64,000 bases of DNA. Source: Tricharina praecox (lineage: Eukaryota). The notes beneath the pieces were generated by a model that did not search any database, was not told the DNA's origin, and was given only the letters and a program-made list of their open reading frames with translations. Made by a program: the position numbers and the translations under genes. Every line of letters begins with the position of its first letter. The stretch's first letter is position 1. Shown here one piece after another: positions 13,251 through 25,452 of this stretch. Where the stretch lies: the NCBI RefSeq assembly GCF_024521635.1, contig NW_026250403.1:248001-312000 (forward strand). The letters are read 5' to 3'.

Positions 13251-14263
13251 TGCGATGGACAGGGAGGGCGGGGGCGGGGTCAGTGTGAGGTGTCAGGTGA
13301 TATGCTTGCTTGATTGCTTGCTGCTGGTCGGGATGGAGGGGATGAAGTCGTTGATGTCGTTGATGAATGTCCCGAGACCCGTGCAGTGTCCGTGGCCGTG
13401 TGCTGGTGATGGAGCTGTACCTATGCAAGCAGGTAAGTAGCCTGTAGCCTGTAGATAGTGACGCAAAGTACGGTCTGTATGCACCTATGTGTATGTGACT
13501 GTCCTAGTTAGACTAGTTAGGTAGATCAGATCAAAAACGCAAACACAACCGGACGATCGCTAACGTAGTTACGCAGTTGAAAAAAAACACCAACGCAGGT
13601 ACCATGGCAGACCTTAAGTATCGACCGTAAGTACTATAATGAATGTGACGAACGAAAAAAAAAACCCTATCTATTACAATTCCCTCCCTTTCTCGACAGA
13701 ATTCTATATTTTGCACTCTAAAATCATCTTCCGTCGTCGTGTACACACTGTATGTGCTCTATGTACGTGGTGGTGGCCGTGGTGGTGCTGAGGTAGTGCT
13801 GCTGCTGCTGCTATGGTGGGGCTTCCCTGTACGTACATACGTGCGGCGTGGCGGCGGGCGCGGAAGAACTTTAGCCCCCACTACTCCCCAGCGGGAATGT
13901 CATCCGTGAAGTGAAGCCAGACTTTTGTTCCGATAATGATAGGCGGCCCGCATTGCCGGGGGGATTAGCCTGCTTCATGGATGGAGGCATGAGCACGGGT
14001 GAAGCATAGTGGTGGAACATGGGTTTCTCTGTTGCATGGTCTATCACTCTCCGGCAAGGTTGGGGATATCATCATGGTATCTTTACAGCTAAAAGTCGCT
14101 CAGGCAATCAGGTTCAATGTCCTTGTTTTCTCTCATGGTACAATCCTGCTTTGTCGACAAGGCTGGACAAGACCCACCAACTACCGATCAACCAATGTCG
14201 TGGCGAGAGCCCATGATCCAGCAAACCCACCCCCACTCTCGCCTCGACGAAACCTCTTACCGT

Positions 14264-16557
14264 TTAAAGCATGTTTCCAAGGTTGACTGCAGGGGAACTC
14301 TGTCAGAATGCACGACCACAAGCTAGCCGCTGACCGGTAGGGAGCACTTACCATGGACGGCTTTTGAATGAGTGTAATTAGCCAAAGCATACTCTCCGCA
14401 CTCCCTTCCGATACCAGACTGTTTCACACCACTACGGATGATTAGCGAAGCGTACAGAAAAGCGGGGCCTAATTGAAATACCCGAAAGGCACGGCGAAGT
14501 GTGAATCGTTCGAACTGCAGGTACTCGATCAGTTTGGGGGTTGCGTCGCTGCAGGCCGGAACGATATATATACCTGTTGATCCACACCATTCCGGCTTCG
14601 ATCTTTTGGGCGACCACATGAGCTCTGGTGATATCCTTGGTGAATACGGCAGCACCGAGACCATAGGTAGTATTATTGGCACGCTTGATAGCTTCTGCTT
14701 GCGTCTTGAATTTGTCGATGCAGACGAAGGGTCCAAAGACTTCGTCCTTGCTGATGGTGTGATCATCCTGGGGATTCCCGTCAGTGCTAAGGGTGGGCAT
14801 GCAGATCGTGGGGAGAATCCCACCTTGACATCCTTGAAGATGGTTGGAGCCACAAAGTTGCCGCCGGGCGTGGATCCACCGAGAACGAGCTCAGCTCCCT
14901 CCTCCTTTCCTTTCTTGACGTACGACATGACTCTCTCGTGTTGCAGCTTGGAAACTTGAGGGCCGTGAGAGGTATCGTCGTCAAAAGGATCTCCCACAAT
15001 CGAGGTCGTCGTGGTGTAGTCGACAAGCTTCTTGATGAACTCGTCGTAGACGCTCTCCTGCACCAGAATCCTCGAAGTGGCACAGCAGACCTGTCCGGAA
15101 TTGCTCATAATTCCGATGTGTGCCCACTTGACGGCCTGTTCGATGTCAGCATCCTCAAAGATGAGCAGAGGGCTCTTGCCGCCCGTCTCGATCGTGATGT
15201 TCTTGAGGTTGACGGAGGCTGCCTTCATGATTGCTATTGTCTCTCAGCGCGGGGTATTTCTCATTATCCGTTTCTGAGGTAAGCAACTAACCACGACCAG
15301 TGAGTGTCGACCCGGTGAATGCAATCTTGTCGATGTCTTCATGGGATGCAATGGCAGCTCCGGCTGTCTTTCCGTATCCGGAGAGAATATTGACCACACC
15401 AGGTGGAAATCCAGCCTCCTTGATGAGCGTTCCGAGGAAAAGAGCCGAGAGAGGTGACTGCTCTGCGGACTTGAGGACAACAGTATTTCCGGTGGCCAAC
15501 GCTGGGCCGAGTTTCCAGGCAGCCATCTACGCGCAGGCATTAGGTACTCATGCACAGGCAAATTCAGCGAGCGACGCACCATTACTGCAGAGTTAAGATC
15601 AGATTATGCACACAATGCTGCTGGGGGGCTACGGGGGGGACACATACGAGGGTAGTTCCATGGGATAACTGGATCGTGGAGTGGTCAGCATATATCATTA
15701 ATGGTTCCCAGAGATCCGGGACGTACTCTGTCCACTGTGCCACCATTCGAGGATCAGTACATTTATAGCGAGGAGCAAGCAAGGATACTCACCAAACACC
15801 AATGGGCTGCTGTAGGACGTATACAAGCTTCTGCGGGCCAATATCGATCGTCTTGCCTGGAAGCCGGTTAGGAAACCAGGAATAACTCCAAGGGACAACT
15901 AGGTGCACCATTGATCTTGTCCGCCCATCCAGCGTAATATCTGTCTTGGTTCAGCAGCCTGCATGATGCCTGGATACAGGTAATCCTACCTCAGCGAGCT
16001 GATAGTCTCGGATAGATCCTCAGCCTTTGTCACCGAGAGAGGTTTGCCCATGTCCCACGTGTCCAGAGTAGCCAGAATGTCGAGATTCTTCTCGACAAGG
16101 TCGGCAAGTTTGAACATGAGCGCACCTCGGGCCGCAGTCGCTGCACATCGTCAATCCAGCTCGATCGAAGGGGGCCACCACCGTGCAGCGAACCAAGGTC
16201 GGACCATTCGGGGTTTTGGAAGGCAGCACGTGCAGCCTTGACGGCTTCACCGACGTCCGTGGAGTCAGCCGCGTACACGCTGGTTATCTCCTTGTCGTCA
16301 CTGGAGGCGCGATCGTCAGCTCGATGTATCATCGACTCGACATCGATCCTCACTCACATCGGACTCGTCGAGCTGAGCGTCTCTCCAGACTTGGATTTGA
16401 CGAATTCGTTATTGATGAAGAGACCTGGGACATCCGTAAGCTTCAACTCGGACAGACATCATCAGTGTCTCGGCAAGCTCTCACCCAACGGCTGAGTCCA
16501 CTTGAGGCCATTGGGGGCAGTGAGTTCGGTGAAGAGGGGCAATTCCTGCTTTGACAT
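14264..16557 (-). CDS. NAD(P)-dependent aldehyde dehydrogenase, ALDH1/2-like (15 exons)
   Basis: Motifs [37 protein letters not shown] (catalytic Glu), GQVCCATSR (catalytic Cys), EVFGP and [13 protein letters not shown]. Start MSKQELP at 16557, end VHVNLGNML-stop at 14264. Fourteen introns reconstructed. Confidence 0.96.
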
Positions 16558-19500
16558 CTTGTTCTGCGAGCTGTACGTTGGAGTAGTAGTCGCGAGTTTC
16601 CGTACACGGGGGTAAAGAGCAAGGGAAAGGGAAATGCGGGGCAGAATCGAGCGAGGTGAAGATGATGTGAATGGTTTGCCAGCAACGCGGGAAGCGGAGC
16701 AAAGGGATGATGATGATGCTTGGCCGTGACGACGGAGCAACCGGCTTATCAACCTCATGGTGCTGCAAGTGCCCGTTTCCGGAGTAACACCAAATGCGAA
16801 TCGGTTACCTAGCTACGTCAAGGACTGGGCAAAAGCTGTTTCCCTCTGGCTACCTGCTTGTTTTGCTCTTCTTGGGGGGTGCTGATCAGCCGGAGTATGT
16901 AACTACACTAAACTGGCTGTCAGACAAATTGCCGTCGCGTCGGGTACGCGCGGGATCTGTTCACGAATCACGAGGATAGGTAAGTAGGACCGTAGGTACC
17001 TGTTCACGTAGAGGTGGATTCTGCACTGGAAGAAGCCGCAGGTACCCGGGGCAGAAGGTCGGTATCCAGAGGTTCTTGGCACGGTATGTACTTGACTAAG
17101 AACTTATGTTTACAAGGTGCTGCGATGGACGGGGTGCGGATATCTAAGCGTCAAATGGAAGCGCAGCGGTTGGCTGCGGGGGATTTTCCGCGGGGCCGGA
17201 GCGAGGGCGGGGAGGGGCGGTGGGGGACGGTGGGGGGCGCGGCATGTGATGTCGGCGGCGGCGAGCGATAAGTCGCTTATCTCCACATGATTTTTCCGAT
17301 GGATGGATCCTTGCAAGCCCCCGCATGCACAATTCCGCCATCGGATCAACAAGTCGGGATATCGAACTCCAAAGTCCAGACACTTGGGATCTTGACGCTG
17401 TCCTCTGGTGTGGATTAACCATGTATTCTATGTACTCTATGTGCCTACGTGACTACCGTATGTCGTACCTCGAGCGAGGAGATGGTTGGCTGTATTGTTC
17501 TTCGGCAAGACTATTTTTACATATATGATACGGCGGCTGAAACTGCCACCAACCACGACCAGGCGAACCACGTCCAGTAGAGTACTCTTCATACTAGTAG
17601 CAGGGACAGTGTTCGTTCGCAATGGCCTGTTTCCTGAGACGAATGGTCAAAGTCCTTCAGTTTCCGGCAGGTATGTAGCTGAACACTCAGGTAGGTCGAG
17701 TACATACTCTGTGCAGCGCATCGCATCGAGTGGCCCAGCCCTCATTGCGAAGGGTGGTGATGGTGCTCGACCGACCCACAGTTTTTGCGCCGTCCACGCG
17801 GAGTATGGTCCGCATTCTCGAGGTCAATCCGAAATGGACCTTTTTCCCGCTCCGGGAAGCGGGCGGTTTCTTATCTGTGGGAGGTTGGTTGGTGACTCCC
17901 ACTGACTGCATCCGATCGAAGTTCAACATGACCAGACCGGTCTCACCGAGGACACGATTGGAGAGTCGGGAAGAAGTCTGAAGGGGACAGCGGATCGACT
18001 GGCCCGTTCAAGTAACTATTCTACGGTAGGTACTACACTCAACGGGTTCACTTCAGATGTCATCCGTAGTGTGGCCGGAAGGCCCAATGTTGACTGGCGT
18101 ATGTAGGTACATAGACCACATACCAACAACTGCTGATGGAACGCCTGATGGATCTCACGATCCTCACCCGGTTGCTGGTCTCAGGGAGGGATTAACTAAC
18201 TAACTCTGAGAGAGGCTCGATCTAACTACCGTATCGTGATGAGAAACATCCGATTGGTGATCTCTCTCCGTTAGTTTTTTTTCCTTTCGTGTTGGGTCCG
18301 CAGCCCAAAGGGATTGAATAATGGTGGCACCAAAACCACATCATCGACCACAAGTCAAGTCCCGAAAGTCAGTCCTACCTCTCATCTGCCGCTTGGGCAT
18401 CAAACTCACCTTTTTTCTTCTTTTCAGTAGGTCGGTCATTAATTCCGGGTGCTGCTTCAGCCGGTGACCCTCGCGGCGAGAGTCGAGACCACAGCCTCTT
18501 CCACGAGTTAACCAAGTCATGCCCCAAGTCCAAGTTCCAACAGTCACAGCTCACTACAGCAGACTCCAGAGACATCAGTGACAAACAGACAGTTAGCTTC
18601 CTATCGCGACCAACATCCACAGTCGGTTGTGGCCGTGGTCAACCGACATTTCAGAAACTCGAGCCGGCGATCGATAACATCGCATTCGGGGTTTTGGACG
18701 TCTATAGGGCATTAGTCAACTATGAGCTCGGAAGGATCGCTACCTACTATTAGTAGGTACATACCTATCTACCATGTAGGTATGTACATCATTGGGTGAG
18801 GGGGTCGGTGAGGGGGCGTCGTCGATTGTGGCGAGTCCGCAGCCCGCTCATGCCCGCCCGGAAACACTCGAGCTCACTCGCCGCCACTCGCCGCCACCAC
18901 CGCGGCACCGCCTCGCGACTCGTGACCACACACAAACTGAATGGTAACTATGGTACAGCACGGAGGACAGAGGATAGTTACTGGACACTGGATAGCACTG
19001 TTGTAGGTACCAGAGGGAGCGATACCTACCCAGGCCCCCCATCGGGCTACGGTATTAACTATCATTTCGAATTCACGGACCAAAGGACTCCCGGTGCCTA
19101 AGAGGTAGGACACTATAACTGGTACTAGTTATGAGCAAACTCCACCGAGAACACCCCAGTTCTGGACCGTAAAAGGCAGGCGGGCGGTCACAGGCGGTCA
19201 CAGGCGGGCACCTGGCGCCTCCGAACACAGCAAGCCAGCAGATTCCATCGTCACCTTTTAATTCATCATTCCCTTCTCGATCTTGCTAATAAAACCACTA
19301 GGTATTTGACTACCCAGGTAGGTGGCATCCAGCACTGTCCTTCAAACCTATCCCCATCCCCCTTCTACCTTCACAATGCGCACCAAAATGCACGGCAACG
19401 TACAGGATCCTCTGCAGTAACTAGGTGGTTAGTTAGCGACGCTCTCCCCTGCAGGAACTCCCACGGGTTGCGTGAGGGATCAACAACAGGTCAGTTAGTT

Positions 19501-19659
19501 ATTACTAGTAGCATGTAGCTTATCTGACCATATGTGCATAGAACTATGCATGCATACTGACACTCTGCTTACCCAACAGCCCGGATTCCGTGAGCCACAG
19601 CGGATATGCTACCCAGATGAAAGCAAGCGGGATCGTTCGGTGTTCTCTCCCCCTCCTCC

Positions 19660-21320
19660 TTTCCCCGCCCCCGGGATCGGAAACTGCCCTGATCTGTTTG
19701 ATTTCGCTGTAGATATTAGTTAGAGCTGAACGAGCAATGCTGGACCTTCTCCATCTCGTCTAGACGCGGGTGGAGGGTCGTGACGGCAACTTCATGGTGG
19801 AGCCTGTCGTGGGGTAGTTGGATGAGGGCCGAGCGTCGAGAAGAGTGTGCACGGGGCGAAGGGTCACGATGGGTGGTGATTAGGGCCTGGAGTTGAGGAG
19901 CGGCTGGTCTTGAAGAGCTGAACGGATGCGTTGAGTGGGAGATGCAGTTGGGTCGTGGCGGTGAGAGGTGGTTAGGAGATGAAGCCATGAGGGGGCCTGT
20001 GCTGGATTCCTCTACGAGCTTGGGAGAGTCTCCTAGTAGGTATGTAGATACCTAGTAGATATTGTGACAGCGGTGAGCGACTCCACTACGAAAAGAGATG
20101 CAGATTTTAGTCGATACCTAGTACACCGACCATCTTCAGAGAAGTCCTCTTTCCATATCATGGTAGATAGAGTACCCGGTGTCTTCCGGCTTCGGGAGGC
20201 AAAGCTCATCCATGGTCTCGGAAAAGTCAGCTCGGAACAATATCATCAGAGCAGGGCGGCCAACCATCGGTTCGGCACCTCGTCCTTGATACAAAACGGG
20301 AATACATGATCGTTCTAACTAGTTAGCTCACACAGGGCCCCCGGGATACACCCTATTGTAGGGCACCGCAGTCTCCATTCAGTCCCCGGACGGGACCACG
20401 TCGTTGGTGACCCCCAAAAGACCGTAATCCGGATGAACTAGAGGGGTATCGACCCACCTCCGCCTGCTTTGGGGACGGGACTCCCGATAGCATGGTAGAG
20501 TCACCTCACGATGCCGCACGCTGAGAGGGTGGATCGATGCCGTTTCTTCTGTTCTGTTCGGCGGGGTGGGTGGGGGTCGGAGTCGGCCACGCGGCGGACT
20601 GTCGGGGCTCGCAATAATTCCCCCCCTCCACACACACACACACTTCCGTCCATAGCGCGCCGGTACGTTTTAGTGACAGCACCGCGAAGCCACAGTATCG
20701 GTGCATGGTACATAGCGAGACTGCGGCTCGGCGTCCCCGATTCGGATTGCCTACCCACCGTCGGTGCATGGTCCCGAGGTTGAGGCTGGCTAGTCAGTGG
20801 TGTCCGGTGGTTCTGCGAGGGCTCTTTACCAATGCCTCTCCAGGCCTGACGAGAAAGGAAGCGCACACAGATGAGAGAGAGGAAATGGGGGGTTGGCCGT
20901 CTATTCGATAGATGATCGAACAAGAAGAAGAAAAAGAAGAAGAGGAAGAAGAAGACGACCCCGCTATGCCCGCCAACGTTGATGGCCACTATTAACCACA
21001 TTCGTTTTCTCCCGCCGATAGCTCCTCTATCGCTACGTCACAGTTGTGTCCGGCGGATTCGACGGTGCAGGTAGTTGACTGGAGTTGGCGGCTAGTTAGC
21101 AGGCTCGCACAAGGCAATCAATGCTCGAGTGATGGCGTGTGGTTGTGCTATGTACAATACGCCCCGTCAACTCCGCGGGAATCTTTTTGAAGACTGGTAA
21201 TTTGCGCTGGCCGGTGGCCACCTTGGTAGTATGTACCAGGAACAGCCAATAAGCCGTACCTCACAAATATTACGAATTATAAGCGCAAGGTGAGGCCCCA
21301 CTTACCCTTAAACCCAGTAC
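19660..21320 (-). repeat. Copy 2 of the diverged non-coding inverted duplication (partner about 5500-7260)
   Basis: See copy 1. Matching patches keep a coordinate sum near 26.9 kb. Confidence 0.75.
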
Positions 21321-21815
21321 GGTCATGAACCTAGAGGAGAATACCTGGCAGAGTCTATTGAATCGCGTGCTGCCGGCTGGTTAATGCCAGATGACAAGAT
21401 GAGTGTGGTGAGGATTCTGGGCGGGCGGTTGGCGCTGACTCGGTCCTACTTGCAGTTGCATAAAAATTGATCACGGCTACTATTGTATTTCCAACCAGGT
21501 CCCGTAATGCCAATTTATTCCAGGTTTGAATTAGTACCTATACCTATCCCGATTCAAGCTTACGGGTTGACATTGTTCTTCATCCGATCGGTCATCATGA
21601 CTACATACCATGAAGTCTTCCTGGCCTCTGAAGCAAATCCAGCAGGCTTCAATCATCCCCCACCACCGCCTTGATACTTTCCCCGATCACCATAGCTATC
21701 GAACCAGTTGCGCAGGTTGGAGCTTGTTGGAAGGACTCGTGGTTGTTATCACTAGAACGATCGAGATGGAGCAATGATATATTATGATATGGTCTAGGAG
21801 CTACAGCTACAAGAA

Positions 21816-21880
21816 AGAGAGAGAGAGAGAGAGTGTGTGTGTGTGTGTGTGTGTGTGAGTGTGTGAGAGTGAGTGAGAGA
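21816..21880. repeat. Compound (GA)n(GT)n microsatellite
   Basis: Visible in sequence. Confidence 0.9.
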
Positions 21881-22137
21881 AAGAAAACCGAACTTCGACC
21901 CGCTACCGCCACCGGTCCTCTAAACGGCTAGTGGATTACTCACTCACAGGAACACACTCGTTCCCCCAGAGCTGATCGAGGAGAGCTGGGCGAAGAGCAA
22001 TATATAGGGAACCGGTATCGAGCTCGCGGCCAGCGGTCGGTGATAGCCGGGTGGAAAAGGATATGTAATTCGCCATGAGCTACTTGAAGAAAAGTGCGTC
22101 GCCACAGCCTGGCAAACCCAAAAGCCAGGACGCGTAA

Positions 22138-22410
22138 TGTGGGAGAAGATATGACACGCAATGGCCATTCGCAATGGGCATACGCAATGTGGGAAGAGGA
22201 GGCTCGAGGATTGGAAGACAGGTGTCGTTCTGTATAGCACTGTATCTCTTGTTTTTGTTGTATATAAACTACCCATGTTGTCCGCTCTTTTCATATCTCT
22301 ACCAAGCAGACAGTCAATTCAATCACTTGTTCTCCGCTTCTCTCTCTCTACCAAACCTTCCGTCCGTACGATCGAACTTCCGCATAGCCCAAACTACAGG
22401 TTATGAGCCC
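22138..22410 (+). mobile_element. Putative 5' LTR (TG...CA, about 22138 or 22188 to 22398) plus primer-binding site GGTTATGAGCCC (22399-22410) of a Ty1/copia element
   Basis: ...AACTACA is followed immediately by GGTTATGAGCCC, the copia/Ty5-type PBS. TATATAAA lies at 22261 and the gag ATG is 60 nt downstream. The LTR left end is ambiguous and no 3' LTR was seen. Confidence 0.7.
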
Positions 22411-22469
22411 GGGCCTGCAATAAGACAACAAAAGTCCGCCGAATCGATTCACCCCACCAATCCGCAACC

Positions 22470-23190
22470 ATGCCAAACACCGACAAGACCTCTGCCCACA
22501 GCTCGCTACAGATTAAAAACCCATCGAAACTCCTTGGACAGTATAACTATCTCATCTGGGCCAGAACTTGGAAAGTTGCGTTTAGGGCCTGTCAATGGTG
22601 GGATATCTTCAACGGCAATATCGTACGACCGACGAATATCAAGGCTGGTAAAACACTCGCGCCCACCGAGCCCGCCGAGGCAACCTCCGGTACCGACACC
22701 CACGCAGTCGAAGTTTCAGCTAAGGAATGGGACTTGATAAACGACCAAGCGCTCCACTTGCTTCATACAGCAGTCGATAGCACCATCCTGCACAACATCT
22801 CGATAGCTGAAACTGCCGCGGAAGCATGGCCAGCGCTTAAGAACCTCTACGACCACGAAACAGCTACCTCGATAACCCTCCTCAAGGCAGTGCTTGACAA
22901 CAAGCTCAAAGAAGGCGGCTTTATACAAAACCATCTTGAAAACTTCAGTAGCAACTGGAACCGACTCCTAAACCGCTGCCTCTCAGCCACCGACGAACTC
23001 CCTAGCCCAATGCCTCCAGACTTTGACGTCATCAGACCACACAAAGACCGCATTCTTGCTCACATCGCTACTGGCTTCGATGGAGAACATCGTCGATAAC
23101 CTCCACACCAAGACGGAGCTCACATACGATGACGTCCATGCCAAACTACTGGACCTGCACGCAAACCACTTGTCCGGGAGACCAGCTAAG
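22470..23190 (+). pseudogene. Ty1/copia gag (UBN2-type), frameshifted
   Basis: KLLGQYNYLIWARTWKVAFRACQWWDIFNG...W...DQALHLL...AAEAWPALKNLY is a typical copia gag pattern. After a frameshift near 23000-23050 it continues FLLTSLLASMENIVDNLHTKTELTYDDVHAKLL. Confidence 0.88.
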
Positions 23191-23276
23191 TAAAAGGCGA
23201 CAACAACGCACAATTTCGTGGTTGTGAGTTGCAACGCTTGCTTTCGATGGTTGTTGGAGTTCGCTGACGGCTCGCT

Positions 23277-23665
23277 GTAGCTACCTATACGAGGTGGCGG
23301 CTGCTGAGTGACATTGCCATGTACCTACTCCGCTTCGGTTGTAGAGACAGCGACTGACTTCTGCTTTTGGGAACCCCAACTGATGCTGGCTTTCCCTAGC
23401 TGAGTGACATATCCGGAGAATGGCCTTCGGTCGTCAAGGTTGCTACCGCAGGAGGAATTGGAGTAGCAAATCAGTCTCGATGGCTCGGTCTTTCCGGTTC
23501 GGCGAGGGTAATGCAATTCCCAGTCGGAGGTGCCGCGTAAATAGCGAAGTAGGTACTCTCTTTTCTGCTTTCCCAAAAGCAGAAGTTAGTCGCTGTCTCT
23601 ACAACCGAAGCGGAGTAGGTACATGGCAATGTCACTCAGCAGCCGCCACCTCGTATGGCTACCAA
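23277..23665. mobile_element. Copia RT C-terminus/RNase H fragment, inverted and partly duplicated as a fold-back
   Basis: Minus strand reads KAEKRV/LRYLRGT...YSNSS...DDRRPFSGY...ISWGSQKQKSVAVSTTEAE/YMAMS. 23288-23373 is the reverse complement of 23570-23656 with one mismatch. Confidence 0.9.
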
Positions 23666-25452
23666 GATTATGAGATTAGTGCTGAATGAGCCATGTTGAC
23701 CCTTAGTTACATCGTTCATAGACGTGGATCGAGGGCTTCCAATTCTTAGCGGAACATATGTAGTGTGGAGCTCATCGAGAGCCGTTTCGTCCAGGCAGTG
23801 GATGCACACTGTACATACGAAGTGTCTTGAATGGGTATAATCTGTATGATGGCGGAAATGAAGGAGGATGGATGATTGAGACATCCCTACCTATCTATTG
23901 GGGTCGTGAAAAATGACAGGTCTTAGTGACGTGTGAGATAACGCAGTAGATTTTCTCGTTGAAGGCCTTCGAGCTTGAGAGAATATTGGTATTATGAATT
24001 CGAAGGTGGGAACGATATGCCCGGCGGGGATTGTGAGATGCGGGATTCGGGTCGATAACAGGCGGGGAGCGTATCGTATATTTCCAATGCAGCTGCACCC
24101 GTGGAAGTAACTCTTCAAGGCAAGGCCCTTCGTATCCGTGTTGCGGCGGTATTTTCAGACTTCAAGTTGGCCACTTTCGGAATGTATCTTCCAGTACGTT
24201 CGATAAGCTTGCCCTCCGACAACATCCTCGGTGGACACGTCTTTCACTAGGTACCTACCGGCTGCGTGGTTGAACTGGCCTTCTCGACGAGTGCGGTAAA
24301 CGGTACATACACAGTTATCGTAGGGAGCTCTGGCAAAAGCAACATCATCTCGTGAAGCTATGATATAGATTTCACAACGATCTGAACGTCCTCCTCCACA
24401 GTCTATCGATCACGACACTTGCTTGCGACTAAACCTTTTTTTTCCTCGATTGGGGGCATACTTACTCACCAACACCGTATTGTTTGCTTCGGATTCATGG
24501 TGCGCTGTACCTGCTCTATGCAGGTAGATCCACCGTGTTTTCGGGAGCCCATTGTTCAATCTCCCGACTTCTTCGCCCATCACACCGCCATATGTACAGG
24601 CAACCTCTTGGGCAGGAATGGCCATCCCTGCCGGACGAAAAGAAACAGAGACTCCAGGACTTCCGAATCTGAGTCATTGGGCTTTATGTGTGCAATTGTG
24701 ATACCTGCAGTCTTTGGATTTCGGTAAATGTTTTGCAGAGCATAGTAGTCACTCGACACTCTTTGATATGATTGGTAGTGGGATAACACACTAACCTGTA
24801 CCAGTATTCTTGTCTTGAGGCTGGAGTCTGGACGCAGTCACGTGTCGGGACACACAGACTCACTCGTCGCCAAGATCATCGAGTTCGAATAGCTCTTCAA
24901 AAGAACATACGGCTAGTTATCGTTCTATCTAGTTATGTCCAGCTGTTTTTATGGTCGTGAAACCAAGATGAATAGCTTTTATTTCTATTTTCTACTGGAC
25001 AGGGAGAGAAAGGGCAATCAGTTGCTACGAGCACAAGCATGTGATTGCGAAGTTCCACTGAATACGGCCACAGGGCGATCTGCACTTGCGAAATTGCGAC
25101 GGCGACAAAGAAAAGCAGTTTGTACATCCAAGAGAAGTCCCCTGAAGATCCATCTTACCCATGATCCTCAACGGACATCCACCTCGTTTTCTGCGAGGCA
25201 TGGAGCCTGCACGCATTCCTACATTCAACTTGCACGTGCGCTTATCGAGTGATTTACTAGGATGCACTCATTACTTAGTCACTAGCGCCTACGAAAAAGA
25301 CCCTTGCGCGTTGGACGTCATGAAGCGGCTGTGCAAGCCCTCATCACCTACAAAATATTGCGCCGCCGCCGAGACCTGTGCCTGCAAACATCGCGCACTT
25401 CCCCTCCTGCTTCCCCCGTTCTCCACATCAACCACCGCACAACTTCCATAAG

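Noticed and set aside
13531-13750. AT-rich patch between SMP-30 and ALDH as a MITE or Helitron
   Set aside because: No terminal inverted repeats, target duplication or 3' hairpin could be identified.
23700-25250. Possible further transposon or gene relics and a 3' LTR
   Set aside because: No match to the 5' LTR and no recognisable protein motif in any frame.
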